Below, in pieces: positions 27,390-36,809 of a stretch of DNA of 64,000 nt. A program made the translations under genes and the position numbers. Position 1 is the first letter of the stretch. Each line of letters opens with the position of its first letter. The stretch covers positions 224,001-288,000 of the forward strand of contig CAVSIV010000001.1 of NCBI GenBank assembly GCA_963728205.1, in the 5' to 3' direction. This DNA is from an uncultured Chloroflexia bacterium (GTDB lineage: Bacteria > Chloroflexota > Dehalococcoidia > UBA2979). The notes below the pieces were generated by a model, which was not told the origin of the DNA, did not search any database, and saw only the letters and a program-made list of their open reading frames with translations.

Positions 27390-28916
27390 TCACTCCTCGG
27401 CGTAGATGTGCTCGGAGAGGAACGCGCGGTGTGACGCCTGTGCCTTCGCCTGCTCGGCGGCGACGCGCCGGCTCTCGTCCATGATCGCGCGCATCCGCGA
27501 CAGGTCTGCCGCCCGCGGCACGCCGATGTCCGTGAGCCGCGGGATGAAGCGGTAGCCGACGAGCAGCGTGTGCCAGCTCGTCTCCTTGAACACCGGCGCC
27601 GGCTCCGCCTCGTTGAAGCCGCGGCGATAGCGGATCAGCTTCTCCTCCAGCCCCGGCCGCATCGCATGCTCCCGGTGCTTGAGGTCGCGCCAGTATTCCG
27701 TGTCCTCGCGGTTCGTCAGCGCGTAGTGCAGCTGCAGGAAGTCGATGATCTCCGCGTACCGCTCGATCACCGCGCGGTTGTAGAGCCGGCGCGTGACGAA
27801 CGACGACTCCCGCCGGATGCCGAGCGCCCACAGCAGGTACTCGGCGCCGATCTGCGACAGCTCGATGCCGGTCGACTCCAGTGGCTCCACGAACCCCATC
27901 GCGAGCCCGATCGCGACGACGTTGCCGACCCACGCGCGCCGGTGGTGCCCGACGCGCATCTGGATGTGGTGCATCTCGACGTCGCGCACGCGCTCCTCGC
28001 CGAGGTGGCGGCGGAACTCCGCCTCGGCCTCGTCGGGCGAGCGGTACCGGCTCGCGTAGACGTAGCCGGCGCCGATCCGCGAGTGCAGCGGGATGTGCCA
28101 GGCCCAGCCCGCGTCGAGCGCCGTCGCCGTCGTGTACGGGTGCATCTCGTCGTCGGCGTCGACGTACGGCACGCGCGCGGCGATCGCGCGGTCGTTCGGC
28201 AGCACGTCGGTGCGGTCCTCGAACGCCTCGCCGAGCGCGCCCTCGATCAGCAGCGAGCGGAACCCCGTGCAGTCGACGAAGAGGTCGGCCGTGAGCTCGC
28301 CGTGACCGCGCGTGACGACCGCCTCGACGTCGCCGGCCGGGCCGACGCGCACGTCCGTGACGTCGTCGACCACGTGGCGCACGCCGAGCGGCAGCGCGAT
28401 GCGGTCGCGCAGCAGCGCGTGAAAGGCGGTCGCCTCGAGGTGGTACGTGTAGTCGGCGACGTCGCGCACGGCGTCGAAGTTCGTCTTCGACGCCTCGTTG
28501 ACGCGGTTCGCGGCGTTGCGGACGGTGTTCGGGTAGCAGAGCTCAAAGTAGGAGTCGTGCGAGAGCCCCTCGGTGAGGTGGCGGTAGACCCAGAAGTTCG
28601 TGATGTGCGGGCCGTCGACGGCATCCTGGAACGGGTGCCAGTACGCGTGTCCGACGTCGTAGAAGTCGCGGAAGCGGATGCCCTCCTTGTAGGTGGCGTT
28701 GCACGCGCGCATCCAGTCGCGCTCGGACAGCCCCATCGCCTTGAGGAAGGCCGTCATGTGGATGATGGTCGCCTCGCCGACGCCGACCGTCGGCACGGCC
28801 GCGGACTCGACGAGCGTGATCTCCAGCGCGTCGCCGAGGTGCTTCGCGAGCAGGCTCGCCGTCATCCAGCCGGACGTGCCGCCTCCGACGATCGTGACGC
28901 GGCGAATCTCGGCCAT
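27390..28916 (-). CDS. Flavin-dependent halogenase (tryptophan halogenase family)
   Basis: GGGTSG FAD motif, VGVGEAT, ATYKEGIRF (catalytic Lys), FVDCTGF, WAWHIP, FVEPLESTG. Confidence 0.93.
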   Translation of the reverse strand: MAEIRRVTIVGGGTSGWMTASLLAKHLGDALEITLVESAAVPTVGVGEATIIHMTAFLKAMGLSERDWMRACNATYKEGIRFRDFYDVGHAYWHPFQDAVDGPHITNFWVYRHLTEGLSHDSYFELCYPNTVRNAANRVNEASKTNFDAVRDVADYTYHLEATAFHALLRDRIALPLGVRHVVDDVTDVRVGPAGDVEAVVTRGHGELTADLFVDCTGFRSLLIEGALGEAFEDRTDVLPNDRAIAARVPYVDADDEMHPYTTATALDAGWAWHIPLHSRIGAGYVYASRYRSPDEAEAEFRRHLGEERVRDVEMHHIQMRVGHHRRAWVGNVVAIGLAMGFVEPLESTGIELSQIGAEYLLWALGIRRESSFVTRRLYNRAVIERYAEIIDFLQLHYALTNREDTEYWRDLKHREHAMRPGLEEKLIRYRRGFNEAEPAPVFKETSWHTLLVGYRFIPRLTDIGVPRAADLSRMRAIMDESRRVAAEQAKAQASHRAFLSEHIYAEE

Positions 28917-29089
28917 GGCGAGCGGCTCCCGGCGGGGCTGGGCGACACGGTGGCGGGTCGCGGGCACCTTAGCGAACCGGGTGTGCTTTGGGAACGTGGT
29001 TCACGAATGGCGTGCACGCCCGCGGCCACGTGCCCGGTCGCCGCGCCATCGCTACGCTCCGCCGGGCATCGCTCGGAAAGGATCGGTCG

Positions 29090-29539
29090 ATGGTGCACTT
29101 CCGCTTTCACGAGAGGAACTCGCGGCTCGCCCGCCCGTTCGGCAACGACACGTTCGGCCGCGCCGCCGAGTGGTTCGCGCGGATCTTCGGCACGCCGTGG
29201 TTCCTCGCGGTGCAGACGATGCTGGTCTTCGTCTGGATCGGCGCCAACGCGTTCGCGCTGGCGCACTTCGATCCCTATCCCTTCATCCTGCTCAACCTCG
29301 CGTTCAGCACGCAGGCCGCGTACGCGGCGCCGCTGATCCTGCTCGCCGCGACGCGGCAGGCCGACCGCGACCACGCGATGTCCGACGCCGACGCGCGCCA
29401 CCGCGAGGACCTCGCGCGCACGACGCTCGAGCTGCTCGCGCAGAACACGGAGCTGACGCAGCAGGTTGCTGCGCTCGCGCAGCGGATCCGAGACCTGACG
29501 GAGGAGATCCACGGGCGGGTCGTGGCGCAGGGGGCGTAG
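29090..29539 (+). CDS. DUF1003 membrane protein
   Basis: FDPYPFILLNLAFSTQAAYAAPLILLA. Confidence 0.92.
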   Translation: MVHFRFHERNSRLARPFGNDTFGRAAEWFARIFGTPWFLAVQTMLVFVWIGANAFALAHFDPYPFILLNLAFSTQAAYAAPLILLAATRQADRDHAMSDADARHREDLARTTLELLAQNTELTQQVAALAQRIRDLTEEIHGRVVAQGA

Positions 29540-29557
29540 ACGGCTCGCGGCCACCCC

Positions 29558-29641
29558 GGCAAGCGGCGGCAGATACGCCGCCGATTTCAACGCGGCCCGC
29601 GGGCCGCGATCACGTCGGCGGCGTGCCTGCCGCCGCTTGCC
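29558..29641. repeat. REPIN-like paired-hairpin element, copy 2
   Basis: GGCAAGCGGCGGCAGATACGCCGCCGA ... TCGGCGGCGTGCCTGCCGCCGCTTGCC between convergent genes. Confidence 0.88.
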
Positions 29642-30096
29642 TAGAACTCCAGATCCATCCACCGGTGCTCGATGCCGGCGTCGAGGAACACCTCGCCGCG
29701 TGCGACGTAGCCGAGCCGCTCGTAGAACGGGATCGCGTGGAGCTGCGCGGCGAGCGCGATGCCGCCGAGCCCGCGCCGCCGCGCCTCGTCCTGCAGTGCC
29801 TGCATCACCGCATTGCCGTAGCCGCGACGGCGCTGCTCGGCGAGCACCGCCACGCGGCCGATGTGCGGGAAGCGGTCGCCCGCGTCGAGCAGGAGGCGCG
29901 CGGTCGCAACCGGGACGCCGTCCACGCGGCCGATCACCTGGACCGCCGCCGGCACCGTCGCCGGGTCCGCGTCGTAGCCGTCGATCTCCTCGTCCTCGGC
30001 GACGCCCTGCTCGTCGATGAACACGCGGCGGCGGACGGAGAGCGCTTCCTCCATCTCGGCGGGCGTGCGGATCACGCTGACCTCGATCGTCGACAT
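29641..30096 (-). CDS. GNAT acetyltransferase (ElaA/YjcF-like)
   Basis: RRRVFIDEQGV, IGRVAVLAEQRRRGYG, AQLHAIPFYERLGY, FLDAGIEH. Confidence 0.92.
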   Translation of the reverse strand: MSTIEVSVIRTPAEMEEALSVRRRVFIDEQGVAEDEEIDGYDADPATVPAAVQVIGRVDGVPVATARLLLDAGDRFPHIGRVAVLAEQRRRGYGNAVMQALQDEARRRGLGGIALAAQLHAIPFYERLGYVARGEVFLDAGIEHRWMDLEF

Positions 30097-30220
30097 CGCC
30101 GGTCCCATCGCTGCGCGCGGCGTGGATCGTAGCGGACGCGCCGTCCGTATCATGCTCGCAGCCCGACCCTCGACGCACGCACGCCGTGCTGCGGCCGAGG
30201 CCGCGCAGCGAAGGAGCGCC

Positions 30221-31549
30221 ATGCCCGGCGACCCGACCGGCCCCATCGACTGGCCCGCCGTCCAGGCGGAGGCGCTCGACGTGCTCGTGCGCTACCTCCG
30301 CATCGACACCTCGAACCCGCCCGGCCGCGAGGCGCCGGCGGCGCGCTTCCTCGGCGCGCTGCTCGAGGCCGAGGGCATCCCCTGCGAGTACATCGCGATC
30401 GCGCCCGAGCGCGAGGCCGTGATCGCGCGCATTGCCGGCGACGGGTCGCGCCCCGCGCTGATGCTCGCGAACCACACCGACGTGGTCCCGGTGGAGGCCG
30501 ACTACTGGGACGTGCCGCCGTTCGGCGGCGTCGTGCGTCACGGCCGCATCTACGGCCGCGGCGCGATCGACATGAAGGGCACCGGCGTGATGCAGCTCTT
30601 CGCGATGCTGCTCGCGCGCCGGGGTCGGCTGCCGCTGCGTCGCGACCTCGTGTTCGTCGCGGTGCCCGACGAGGAGGTGGGCAGCGACCTCGGCATGGCG
30701 TGGCTCGTGCGCGAGCGTCCCGACCTCTTCGCCGGCGTCGACTTCGCGTTGAACGAGGGCGGCAGCGGCCTGGCCGACTTCGGCGGCGAGGACGCGCGCC
30801 TGTTCGCAATCGCGGTGAGTGAGAAGGAGATGTGCCCGCTGCGCATCACGACGGTCGGCACGCCCGGCCACGGCAGCCGCCCGCACGCCGACAACTCCGC
30901 GGTGCGGCTCGCCGAGACGCTGGCGAAGCTCGCGCGCTGGGAGCGCCCGCTGCGCCTCGGCCCCGAGGCCGCCGACTTCCTCGCGCGCCTGCACGCCGGC
31001 GGGCTCGTCGCGTCGCCCGACGACCGTTCCGCGGTCGAGCGCCTGCTGCGCGCGAGCCCGGACACGCAGGCGACGTTCCAGGACACGCTGAACGTGACGA
31101 TGCTCACCGCCGGCATCAAGTCGAACGTGATCCCCGCGAAGAGCGAGGCCATCGTCGACTGCCGCCTCGCGCCGGGGCAGACGCCCGAGGCGTGGCGCGA
31201 CGCCGTGACGGCCTACATCGACGACCCGCGCGTGCGGGTCGACTTCATGTACGCGCGCGAGCGGGCGCGCCCCGCGGTATCGCCGTGGGACACGGAGCTG
31301 GGTCGCGTGATCGAGGCGGTGGTGCGCGAGGCGTTCGAGGACGCGGTCGTCGCCCCTGCCGTCGCGACGGTCGGCACCGACAACCGCTTCCTGCGCCCGC
31401 TCGGCATCCCGTCGTACGGCTTCATCCCGTGCCTGCTCAGCCAGGCCGAGCGCGACGGCTTCCACGCGAACAACGAGTTCCTGACGGTCGACAACCTGAA
31501 CATGGGGCTCGAGCTGATGTACGAGGTCGTGCGGCGGGCCTGCACCTAA
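30221..31549 (+). CDS. M20/M25/M40 family metallo-hydrolase
   Basis: NHTDVVP, GRGAIDMKG, PDEE, LNEGG, GHGS, GTD, FHANNE. Confidence 0.93.
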   Translation: MPGDPTGPIDWPAVQAEALDVLVRYLRIDTSNPPGREAPAARFLGALLEAEGIPCEYIAIAPEREAVIARIAGDGSRPALMLANHTDVVPVEADYWDVPPFGGVVRHGRIYGRGAIDMKGTGVMQLFAMLLARRGRLPLRRDLVFVAVPDEEVGSDLGMAWLVRERPDLFAGVDFALNEGGSGLADFGGEDARLFAIAVSEKEMCPLRITTVGTPGHGSRPHADNSAVRLAETLAKLARWERPLRLGPEAADFLARLHAGGLVASPDDRSAVERLLRASPDTQATFQDTLNVTMLTAGIKSNVIPAKSEAIVDCRLAPGQTPEAWRDAVTAYIDDPRVRVDFMYARERARPAVSPWDTELGRVIEAVVREAFEDAVVAPAVATVGTDNRFLRPLGIPSYGFIPCLLSQAERDGFHANNEFLTVDNLNMGLELMYEVVRRACT

Positions 31550-31638
31550 GCGGCGGCAGACATGCCGCCGACAGGACCCGGACACGTGTCCGGGCGGCTT
31601 GCACCGCGCATCTGTCGGCGGCATGTCTGCCGCCGCTT
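31548..31638. repeat. REPIN-like paired-hairpin element, copy 3 (most intact)
   Basis: AAGCGGCGGCAGACATGCCGCCGACAG - spacer - CTGTCGGCGGCATGTCTGCCGCCGCTT; perfect 27-bp terminal inverted repeat overlapping the M20 stop codon. Confidence 0.93.
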
Positions 31639-31678
31639 TGGTTGCCCTGGGACCATCGCGCGGCTCCCCACCCGTCGT

Positions 31679-32167
31679 CTACGCCTCCCCGAACCGCTCC
31701 CACAACTCGCAATCCCACTCCACGCGCGCGGCGGCGTACGCGGCGAACTGCATCGTCTCGCCCGAGCCGATGGTCGCGTAGCCGTCGGTCACCCACAGCC
31801 CCATGTGCTCCGGCCGGCGGTTCGACGGCATGCGGTGGGCGACGACGCGCTCCTCCTTCGGCGGCCGGTAGCGCACCATGCGCCCGCCGACGAACGGACA
31901 TGCGAAGAACGCGTAGCGCGCGCATTCGAGGTGCATCGGCCCGTCGCGGAAGATGCCGGTGTTCATCGAGAGCACGCCGCCCGCGAACGCGATCTCGCGC
32001 CGCAACGGCTCACCGCAGAGGTGGCAGAGGTTGCGTCGCACGTGATCCGCGACGCGATCGACGTCGGGCGTCGTGAAGTCCGGCACGCCGTGCTCGACGA
32101 CGAGCGTCGACGGCACGGGCATGCCCCGGTAGTGCGGGCGGCGCTGCAGTCGCTTCGGCTCGCGCAT
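31679..32167 (-). CDS. Hypothetical Cys/His metal-binding protein
   Basis: RGMPVP, PDF, LCHLCGEPL, GPMHLECARYA..ACPF; TAGCCT lies 6 nt before the ATG. Confidence 0.7.
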   Translation of the reverse strand: MREPKRLQRRPHYRGMPVPSTLVVEHGVPDFTTPDVDRVADHVRRNLCHLCGEPLRREIAFAGGVLSMNTGIFRDGPMHLECARYAFFACPFVGGRMVRYRPPKEERVVAHRMPSNRRPEHMGLWVTDGYATIGSGETMQFAAYAAARVEWDCELWERFGEA

Positions 32168-32222
32168 GGAAGGAGGCTACGAATCACGTGGCTCGGGCGC
32201 CATCGCCGCCGAACCCATGGCG

Positions 32223-32328
32223 GGCGGCAGACACGCCGCCGATGTCTCCGCGGACGGACGTCCGTGGCGCGGGGACGGCGAGGCCTCCCGGCCCCGGAGA
32301 CATCGGCGGCGTGTCTGCCGCCGCTTGC
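32223..32328. repeat. REPIN-like paired-hairpin element, copy 4
   Basis: GGCGGCAGACACGCCGCCGATGTCTCCG ... CGGAGACATCGGCGGCGTGTCTGCCGCCGCTTG. Confidence 0.9.
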
Positions 32329-32354
32329 GAGGAACGCGATTGCCGCCGCCCGAC

Positions 32355-33128
32355 TTACAACCGCGCGATGAACTCCCGGAGCATCGGGTTGCACTGGTCC
32401 GGCGACTCGACCTGGAGGAAGTGCCCGGCGCCGACCACGCGCGCGAACTGGATCTGCGGGATCAGCGTCTGCAGCTGGTCCCACCGCGCGTTCGCCTTCG
32501 CGGCCGCGATGTACAGGGTCGGTTGCTTGATGCGCTTCGCCGCCGGCGGCACGCGGTAGGTGAGCAGGCCCTCGAACGCCGCGATCCCCGCGGCGCGCGG
32601 CATCTCACCGGCCTCCGTGATCATGCGCGCGGCGAGGTCCGTGTCGCGCGTGTCCTGGAAGAAGCCCGCGTAGAGCTGCAGTGCGCCGGACGGCCAGTCG
32701 GCGCGCAGCAGCTGCATCAGCCGGTGGCCGCGCAGCGCGGCCTTCGTCACGCCGCCGGTCGTGAGCGGCGAGTCGATCATCACCAGCGCCCGCGCGAGCT
32801 CCGGGTGCTGCCGCGCGAGCTCCAGCGCCACGAGGCCGCCCATCGAGTGGCCGATCACGACCGCGTCGCGCACCCGCCGCGAGCGCGCCAGCGCCGCGAC
32901 GTCCTCCGCGAACTGCGCGATCGTGTAGCCGCCGGCGGGCACGTCCGAGCCCCCGTGGCCGCGCAGGTCCATGCGCAGCACGCGGTGAGCGCCGGCGAGC
33001 GCCTCGACCTGCGGCTCCCAGTGCCGGAGGTTCGACGCCCACCCGTGCACCAGGATGACCGCGGGCGTGCCCTTGCCCGACTCCTCGTAGTTGAGCCGCA
33101 CCCCGTCGGGCGTCCGGTACCTGGCCAT
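32355..33128 (-). CDS. Alpha/beta-fold hydrolase
   Basis: ILVHGW, DLRGHGGS, GHSMGG, GAGHF. Confidence 0.92.
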   Translation of the reverse strand: MARYRTPDGVRLNYEESGKGTPAVILVHGWASNLRHWEPQVEALAGAHRVLRMDLRGHGGSDVPAGGYTIAQFAEDVAALARSRRVRDAVVIGHSMGGLVALELARQHPELARALVMIDSPLTTGGVTKAALRGHRLMQLLRADWPSGALQLYAGFFQDTRDTDLAARMITEAGEMPRAAGIAAFEGLLTYRVPPAAKRIKQPTLYIAAAKANARWDQLQTLIPQIQFARVVGAGHFLQVESPDQCNPMLREFIARL

Positions 33129-33175
33129 CGCGCGCTCCTCGCTCCTCGCTCGTCGACCCCGGCCGCGCCCCGTGC

Positions 33176-34081
33176 CTAGCGGAACGGCGCGAGCACCTGC
33201 TCGCGCAGCCGGTCGTACGCCTCCTGCTTCGCGCCGACCTCACGGCCGAGGTTGAAGTCCGGCACGATCAGCTCGTCGACGCCGGCCTCCTGGTACTCGC
33301 CCATCACCTGCTGGAGCTCGTCGGCGCTGCCCGCGATCAGCGCGAAGCCGCCGCGCGAGCGCGCCCGCTCGATCGCGTCGCGGTCGTCGCTGAGCATCAT
33401 CAGCGCGTTCGCCGAGCGGCGGATCGACTGCGGGTCGCGGCCGAGCGCCTCGCAGTGCCGGTCGAGCACCTCGCCCTTCTGCTTCAGCACCGCCGGCGTG
33501 CCCCACACGTTCCACTCGTCGGCGTACTGCGCGGCGAGGCGCAGCGTGACCTTCTCGCCGCCACCGCCGATCAGGATGGGCGGGTGCGGGCGCTGCACCG
33601 GCTTCGGCGCCAGCGGCGCGTTCGTCAGCGTGTAGTACTTGCCGGCGAAGGTCGTCTGATCGTTCTCGAACAGGCTCTTGATGATCTGGACCGACTCCTC
33701 GAGGCGCCGCAGCCGCTCCCCGACGGTGTAGAACGGGATGCCGTACGCCTCGTGCTCGTTCTGCTGCCACGCCGCGCCGATGCCGAGCACGACGCGCCCG
33801 CCGCTGATGACGTCGACCTGGGCGACCTGCTTCGCGAGCACCGGCGGGTGGCGGTAGGTGTTGCCGGTGACGAGCGAGCCGATCCGTACGCGGGGCACGC
33901 GCGCCGCGATGGCGGCGAGCAGCGTCCACGCCTCCTGCACGGGGCCGCTCGTGTCGGCCTGGTTCGGCATGAAGTGGTCGGCGACCCACAGGCCGTCCCA
34001 CCCCGTGCGCTCGACGTGCTCGCAGAGCTGGATCAGCTGGTCCCACGGCGTGGCCGATCCCGGCCAGGCGCTGAAGCGCAT
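33176..34081 (-). CDS. LLM-class F420-dependent oxidoreductase (Rv1855c-like)
   Basis: LWVADHFMP, EAWTLLAA, GNTYRHP, DVISGGR, PKPVQRPHPPILIGGGGEKVTL. Confidence 0.92.
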   Translation of the reverse strand: MRFSAWPGSATPWDQLIQLCEHVERTGWDGLWVADHFMPNQADTSGPVQEAWTLLAAIAARVPRVRIGSLVTGNTYRHPPVLAKQVAQVDVISGGRVVLGIGAAWQQNEHEAYGIPFYTVGERLRRLEESVQIIKSLFENDQTTFAGKYYTLTNAPLAPKPVQRPHPPILIGGGGEKVTLRLAAQYADEWNVWGTPAVLKQKGEVLDRHCEALGRDPQSIRRSANALMMLSDDRDAIERARSRGGFALIAGSADELQQVMGEYQEAGVDELIVPDFNLGREVGAKQEAYDRLREQVLAPFR

Positions 34082-34201
34082 GTGTGTGTCCCTTCGGTGC
34101 GTGTCTGTGGGGGGAACGTACAGGATTTCGCGGCGGGCGAAACCAGCGGGCCGGCGGCTCGCTGCTCGCCGGGCGTCGGGGCGGGACCTATCCTCGCGCG
34201 C

Positions 34202-35164
34202 ATGTCCGACCGCGTTCGCGTCGTGATCCCCGGCGACTCGCCGACGCAGATCGGCGACTCCCCGCATCTCGCCCGGCTCGCGCCGTACGCGGATGTCACG
34301 CTGCACCGCGACCCGCCGCGCTCGCCCGAGGAGCAGCTCGCGCGCGTACGCGGCGCAGAAGTGCTGCTGAACTCGCGCAGCAGCGTGCGCTGGCCGCGGG
34401 CGCTGCTCGCGCAACTGACTGGCCTGCGCCTGATCTCGCTGTGCGCGATCGGCACCGACGCCATCGACCTGGCGGCCGCGCGGGACCTGGGCATCACGGT
34501 CTGCAACCAGGGCGGCGGCACCGCTCCGATCGTCGCCGAGCACGAGTTCGCCCTCATGCTCGCGGCCGCGAAGCGGCTGGCCTACCAGACCGCCGAGCTG
34601 AAGGCGGGACGCTGGGCGCCGGGCGAACAGATGACGCTTCGCGGGAAGACGCTCGGCGTCGTCGGCACCGGGAACACCGGCGCCGAGATGGCGCGGCTCG
34701 CCCTCGCCATCGGCATGGACGTGATCGCGTGGACGTTCCACCCGTCGGAGGAGCGGGCGCGGGCGCTCGGCGTGCGCTTCGTGCCGCTCGACACGCTACT
34801 CGCGGCGGCCGACGTCGTGAGCCTGCACGTCGCGCTCACGCCCGACACGCGCCACCTCATCGGCGCGGGCGAGCTGGCGCTGATGAAACCCGGCGCCCTG
34901 CTCGTGAACGGGGCGCGCGGCGCGGTCGTCGACACGGACGCGCTCGTCGACGCGCTGCGCGCGGGGCGTCTCGGCGGCGCGGGGCTCGACGTCTTCGAGA
35001 CGGAGCCACTCCCGGCCGGGCACCCGCTGCTCGCGCTCGACCAGGTGGTGCTCACGCCGCACAACGCGGACGCGACGCCCGAGGGCATGGACCTGCTCAA
35101 CCGCGTCGCCGTCGACAACGTGATCGCGTTCCTCGAGGGGCGCCCGCAGAACGTCGTCGCGTAA
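34202..35164 (+). CDS. D-isomer-specific 2-hydroxyacid dehydrogenase
   Basis: GTDAIDL, GKTLGVVGTGNTG, DVVSLH, NGARG, LDVFETEP, LTPH. Confidence 0.93.
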   Translation: MSDRVRVVIPGDSPTQIGDSPHLARLAPYADVTLHRDPPRSPEEQLARVRGAEVLLNSRSSVRWPRALLAQLTGLRLISLCAIGTDAIDLAAARDLGITVCNQGGGTAPIVAEHEFALMLAAAKRLAYQTAELKAGRWAPGEQMTLRGKTLGVVGTGNTGAEMARLALAIGMDVIAWTFHPSEERARALGVRFVPLDTLLAAADVVSLHVALTPDTRHLIGAGELALMKPGALLVNGARGAVVDTDALVDALRAGRLGGAGLDVFETEPLPAGHPLLALDQVVLTPHNADATPEGMDLLNRVAVDNVIAFLEGRPQNVVA

Positions 35165-35227
35165 GGTCGCGCCCCCCGCGCGGGCCGTATGATCGCCGCG
35201 ACCGGCGGCGACGAATCGAGGACCCCG

Positions 35228-35617
35228 GTGACGAACGCCCCGACCTCCGGCCTCTCCGGCCTCATGCAGATCGCGATGCGGGTACGCGACGTCGATCGCG
35301 CGGTCGCGTTCTACCGCGACACGCTCGGCATCCCCTTTCTCGTTCGCGCGGGCAACCTGGCGTTCTTCGATCTCGACGGCGTGCGCCTGATGCTCGATCT
35401 GCCGGAGGGCGAGGAGTTCGACCATCCCGGCTCGATCCTCTACTTCCGCGTCGACGACGTGCCGGCGAAGTACGAGGAGCTGCGCGGGCGCGGCGTGGAG
35501 TTCATCGACGAGCCGCACGTGATCAACCGCACGCCGACGAGCGAGCTGTGGATGGCGTTCTTCCGCGACGGGGAGGAGAACGTGCTCGCGCTCGCCGCGG
35601 ACGTGCCGGTGGAATAG
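35228..35617 (+). CDS. VOC/glyoxalase family protein
   Basis: QIAMRVRDVDRAVAFYRDTLG, LYFRVDD, WMAFFRDGEEN. Confidence 0.9.
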   Translation: MTNAPTSGLSGLMQIAMRVRDVDRAVAFYRDTLGIPFLVRAGNLAFFDLDGVRLMLDLPEGEEFDHPGSILYFRVDDVPAKYEELRGRGVEFIDEPHVINRTPTSELWMAFFRDGEENVLALAADVPVE

Positions 35618-35618
35618 C

Positions 35619-35712
35619 CCCTCGCAAGCGGCGGCAGACATGCCGCCGATGTGATCGGCGGCGCCAGCCGCGGACTGCGTCCGCGCCCTGTCGGCGGCTG
35701 GCGCCGCTGTGG
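35619..35712. repeat. REPIN-like element, copy 5 (right arm partly deleted)
   Basis: CCTCGCAAGCGGCGGCAGACATGCCGCCGATGT ... CTGTCGGCGGCTGGCGCCGCTGTGG. Confidence 0.85.
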
Positions 35713-35728
35713 GTGTACCGCGGACCGC

Positions 35729-36664
35729 CTACAGCATCCCGCACTGCTCGAGCGCGGTGCGCACGAAGACCGTGTGCAGCTCCGCGCGGCGCGCGACCGC
35801 CTGGTCGATCTGGCCCATCTCCACCAGCACCGGCACCACGCCCGGCACCCATTTCGGGAGCGACAGCGACGACGTCCCGACGCGCGCCCAGCTCGCCTGC
35901 GACCCGACCCCGCTGCGCAGGGTCAGCTGCTCACGCTCCGTGATCTGCGCGTTCACCGCGTCGACCACACGCGCGATCGCCGGCAGGGCTTCGACCCCGC
36001 CGCCCTCGCTCACCGTCTGCCCGATGAAGGCGGTGCCGGTCTGGCCGTTCGCGCGCTCACGGTAGAAGCCCCACGACTCATGCATGTCGATGAGCAGATC
36101 GGCGTCGACCTCGCGCAGGAGCTCGACGATCGCATGCGCCATGTGCGACATCGGCAGGGCGTCCGGCGCGTCGGAGCCCGGGTAGAGGCGGTTGAGGTCG
36201 CCGAGGGCGTCGGTCGTGCGCACGAGCGCCCGGTCGGCGACGACGTTCGCCTGCGGCACGACGACGAGGCTCCCCGCGACGACCTGCCAATCGGCGATCG
36301 CCTCGGCGGCGATCCAGCCGCCGGGCTCGTTGCCGTGCACGCCCCCGAGTACGACGACGCGCGGCCCGGCGACGCCGCTGTGCGTGAGCACGGCGCGCGT
36401 GGCGGACGGCGTGCCGTCGAGCAGCGTGCGCTCGCTGCGACCGGCCGGCGGCACCGGCCGCGGCGTGGGCGTGGGCGACGGGGTGGGCGTGGATGACGGC
36501 GTGGGCGGCGCGACGGTGGGTTGCCCGACGACGGCGACCGGCGTGGTCGCCCGCGAGCACGCGGCGAGCACGGCCGCGCCGATCGCGCCGCCCGCGAGCG
36601 CGAGCGCGCGGCGCCGGGGCACGAGGCCGGGGTCCCGGGCGGGGCGTGCGGTACGCGTCATCAT
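35729..36664 (-). CDS. Tat-exported lipoprotein, M14-like succinylglutamate desuccinylase/aspartoacylase family
   Basis: RRRALALAG...LAAC, PT-rich linker, GVHGNE, DLNRLYP, IDMHES. Confidence 0.85.
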   Translation of the reverse strand: MMTRTARPARDPGLVPRRRALALAGGAIGAAVLAACSRATTPVAVVGQPTVAPPTPSSTPTPSPTPTPRPVPPAGRSERTLLDGTPSATRAVLTHSGVAGPRVVVLGGVHGNEPGGWIAAEAIADWQVVAGSLVVVPQANVVADRALVRTTDALGDLNRLYPGSDAPDALPMSHMAHAIVELLREVDADLLIDMHESWGFYRERANGQTGTAFIGQTVSEGGGVEALPAIARVVDAVNAQITEREQLTLRSGVGSQASWARVGTSSLSLPKWVPGVVPVLVEMGQIDQAVARRAELHTVFVRTALEQCGML

Positions 36665-36809
36665 GCGGATTCTACGGCGTCGCGGCGGCGCTTCGGCGAC
36701 GCCCCGGGGGTGGTTCGAGCGGCGCCTGGTGAGGCGCCAGTTGCCGGCGAGCCGATGCAGCGAGCCGAGCCGATGCAGCGAGCCGTGGGGCGGCCGCCTG
36801 CGCGGCGGC

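Noticed and set aside
36749-36786. 18-bp tandem duplication GAGCCGATGCAGCGAGCC downstream of cysN
   Set aside because: Two copies only, consistent with simple slippage; no further structure.
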